A stretch of 64,000 nt of DNA. Source: the human T2T-CHM13v2.0 reference genome, Homo sapiens. The first letter of the stretch is position 1. Each line of letters starts with the position of its first letter. The notes beneath the pieces were generated by a model. It saw only the letters and a program-made list of their open reading frames with translations. It made no database searches and was not told the origin of the DNA. The stretch is taken from the NCBI RefSeq assembly GCF_009914755.1, contig NC_060932.1. One strand, 5' to 3'. Below, in pieces: positions 60,036-64,000 of the stretch. The position numbers and the translations under genes are program-made.

Positions 60036-61350
60036 TCAAAAAAGAAAAAGAAATAAAGAAAAAAAAAGAAAGGAGTCAGCTGTCTTCCATCCTGATGCCC
60101 ACCTCAGCCCAGCCCACCTGCGGCAGGAAGCTGCCATCTGGACACTGCCTGGCTCCGCAACTGAGGCCTCTCCTAGTTCCTCAGCAGCCAGTAGCCCTAC
60201 TTTAAACGGACATGTGCCCTAACCACATACACAGAACTTCTTTGAAATCAATTGAGAAATAAAAGGATTTTTGTTGTTGTTTATTTATTTTTATTTTTAC
60301 TTTTATTTTTTTAAGAGACAAGGTCTTGCGATGTTGCCCAGGCTGGTGTCAAACTCCTAGCCTCATGGGATGTTCCTGCTTTGGCCTCCCAAAGAGCTGG
60401 GATTACAGGCATGAGCCACCTGGCCCAAGGAATAAGAGTTTTTTAAAAGGACACTGACCTTCAATTCTAACTCTTCTTTGAAGCATCAACTTACGGAATT
60501 ACAGTGCAGAAAAACTTTTCACTCAAATCCCATAATGCACACTAAGCAATAATAACATTAGCCAATCCAAGGGTGGAAGTGCACATGGTTTGAGAACGTC
60601 ATCTTTTCATAGCACTGTCATGTCTCCAGCCCTCATCACCCTGAATTTTGTCCATCTGCTGTCAATGGTGACAACAGGCACATTCACACACATTCATATG
60701 TGCACAACTTGAACACTTATGCTCATACATAAACTCACAGGTAGTTATGCAAGAATACTCACCACAGCATTATTTGTAATAGTAATAATTTGTAGAACAA
60801 CTAATATATGCATCATTATGAAAATGTGAAGTAATTACTGTAGACAGTCTTATGAATTATGCAGGTCTATATGTACTGATAAGGAAAGAGGCCCAAGATC
60901 CAATGAGTAATGCAGGCTAGTTGTATGATATACACATGGCATGATGCAATTTATGTTTGAAAAATAAAACATCCACCTTTCCACATTCCCGTCATATCTG
61001 TGAATTTACAGAAAAAGTTCTGGGAAGATACAGTGGTTTCCAATTTCTTTATGGAGAGATGGGAGACTGGAGTGGGAATTTCACTTTTTATTACACATAC
61101 CTTTATAGTGGTAACTTAAAAAATATATACAATAAGATAAGGATCTGGGAGAATTTACTAAAAAAAGTAAAAAACAAAATATAAAAAAGAAAAAGAAATA
61201 AAAATATATATACTATAAGAATGTCACTTTTGTAAATTGTTAAAAAATTTAATTCAAAGGGGTTAACTATTTAACACTTTGCTCTTAAATAAATTTGCAG
61301 TCTTTGTTTTATTGTTAACCATTTTATACATAGAAAGCAGCACAAAGTTA

Positions 61351-61679
<329 letters not shown>

Positions 61680-64000
61680 CTATAAAAAAAATTAACATAC
61701 ATTTGGGCTGGGTGCGGTGGCTCATGCCTGTAATCCCAGCACTTTGGGAGGCCAAGGCGGGCAGATCACAAGGTCAGGAGATCGAGACCATCCTGGCTAA
61801 CACGGTGAAACCCCGTCTCTACTAAAAATACAAAAAAATTAGCCAGGCGTGGTGGTGGGCACCTGTAGTCCCAGCTACTCCGGAGGCTGAGGCAGGAGAA
61901 TGGCATGAACCCGGAAGGTGGAGCTGCAGTGAGCCAAGATCACGCCACTGCACTCCAGCCTGGGCGACAGAGCGAGATTCTATCTCAGAAGAAAAAAAAT
62001 TTCTTTTTTATAATTGTAAGAGATAGTATGAATAGAATAGGTAGTTAATACTATATATAGTCAGAATTAATGTATATAAGTATTAAAAACAAAAATCCAG
62101 AATCACCTAGCACAGTGATAGCTAAGGTCACTGGGGGAGGACAGGCACTTAACTGCTCAGCTCCCATCCCCCTGACTACATCAGAAGGCTGACTCAGCTC
62201 TGCCACGCGGCTGTACTGACACCAGCAGGCCCCATCCAACTCAGGCTCTGCCCCTGCACCCAAAGCTGAGAGCCGCTTGTGCGACCCCTTGGTTGGTTGC
62301 ACTGGGCTGTGTCTGGGGCCAAGGCTTCCCAGCGTCTGCTGTCCACCTTCATGTAGGGGTTCATACACGCAGCAAAGGATTGCACCAAAGCTGGTTCTTG
62401 CCAACTCGAATGGTACCCGCTCTTTACCAACGTCAAACTAACAACTGACGCCAACACCGATCCCACGCATGGCTTCAAAGCATGGTTCCTGAAGAGGTTT
62501 CCCTGCTTCTTCTGTGGTTTTGCTGATGATACAATTACTAATTGTGCTACTTTCGGCTTAGCGCTACTGCGCCAAACTGATCTAAGAGAGGCAAACCCTA
62601 GAGACCACAGGGAGAGAGAAACAATCTGGGATACATATTTTAAAAATGAGTGAACGCTTTTGCTATCAGGCCCTATTTTTACCATTCATGCTGAGCAGGG
62701 CCCGAAAGAGAAGTCAAGAAGGGCTACTTGATGGGCTCCTTCTAGGACCACGCCAGGCTCCCAGCAGGGTCACATGGGGTCCCAGATGGTGTCAGGACCA
62801 CCACCAAAAGGGTGAACCTGAGGTCGGGGGCAAGACTTCTCACCCTGTGCTTCGACTTAAGATAATATCACCTGCCCTTTGCACCTTTGCCGTCACACCT
62901 GCCTCTACCACTGATGTGGCCTGGGATACAGCCAGAAAACTCTGAAATCACCTCCCAGTCATGAGAAACTGGCAGGGGAAGCAGGAGAGAAACGCATCAC
63001 CCAGGGGAAGTGGTGGGGAGACAGGGTAACACGTCACGGAGGAGGAAGAAGAGAGAAGGAATCTGGGAAAACAGGGGAAGCTGTTCACAGTAGGTGAGAG
63101 GGGGAGCAGAATGGGGACAGGATCTTACTGAAGTATTCCAGCAGTTTGGTGATTTAGCAGAGAATCAGATGAGCACAAGGATTTACTTTTAAGGCCTGCA
63201 TGTGAAAAAAGTAAACTGACAGTTAACTGTGTTACACAGCTCCAAATTGTACTAAGTATATAAAATCCAGTTTCGTGGATAAAAAACAATTCAATACAAA
63301 GATTCAGCACAGGACAGCGCCTGAATCAATGCACACCCAAGGCAAACGGTTTTTCTCCTAAAAACTCAAGACTGGCTTCTACACAACAACATTTTTGACA
63401 AAAATACTTTCTATTAAATTGTCTTTCTGGTACGGATCTCGAATTGTTTCCAAACAATTATGGCTACGTCAGGCAGTAAGACATGGCCGTCATTTCCCCC
63501 TGCGGATGGACATACTGGGGCACAGCCTCAGTGGCTCGTGTTCACTCAGCCAAAAGTAGCTGCCAGGAACCCGCGCAAGGAGCTCTGGGTCTCCGTTCTC
63601 GGTTTTAGCCACTAAAAGGCGCAAATGTCAAGCGCCTTTCATTTGCGGAGCAGCTAAGATACGATGAATAGTGATTTAGCTCTAACCTCAAGCATCTTTA
63701 CAATTCTATTCCAAATTCCCAAAAGATTAGACGAATATTCAAGCCATTTAGGGAGAAATACATAGAACTTTTTATACGAGCTCAGTCTCCATTGTTATTG
63801 CCTTGTTGTACTTCTTGTTTTTCACATCTAACACTCATGACTAAGGATCTATAAACAAATAAAACTTATATGGGACCAATAAGGCTTTAGTCTATATCAG
63901 TTTCCTTATATCATGACCCATCATCTCCCTACAATCTTCCTTCTTATTGACTCAATGCAGATTCTTTGTCTTCATTATATAAATAATCCATGCTTATCGT

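Noticed and set aside
62194-62685. 163-aa minus-strand ORF in unique, mildly CpG-retaining intron sequence
   Set aside because: Not PiT2 sequence, no convincing splice sites or homology; may be regulatory but unsupported.

Overview
This is Alu-dense primate genomic DNA, almost certainly human chr8p11.2, with two convergent genes. (1) VDAC3 lies complete on the + strand: a CpG-island promoter at ~5.8-6.65 kb, two 5'UTR exons, eight coding exons that splice to an intact 283-aa ORF (8526..19776), a 3-nt ATG microexon at 10992-10994, and poly(A) signals at ~20180-20190. (2) The 3' half of SLC20A2 (PiT2 phosphate transporter) lies on the - strand: exons 6-11, stop at 32118-32120, and a 3'UTR to ~30790. 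The rest is mostly ~55 Alus, old L1/L2/MIR fragments, a MER3, and a near-full-length Tigger1 with both ends and TA target sites. The most unusual structure is at 20745-21711. It is not a solo LTR but has the layout of a retrotransposed, polyadenylated, internally shortened ERV1 RNA (R-U5-PBS(Pro)-env tail-PPT-U3-R-polyA), inserted antisense ~0.55 kb past the VDAC3 3' end. Other leads are the splicing-control architecture around the VDAC3 microexon, a diverged direct repeat bracketing SLC20A2 exon 10, inverted-Alu brackets around exons, and an orphan CpG-rich segment at ~24.5-26.6 kb. I see no evidence of a wholly new biological system, and most long ORFs in the track are Alu or GC-rich artefacts. 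Repeat family names are from recall, and repeat boundaries are approximate unless stated.
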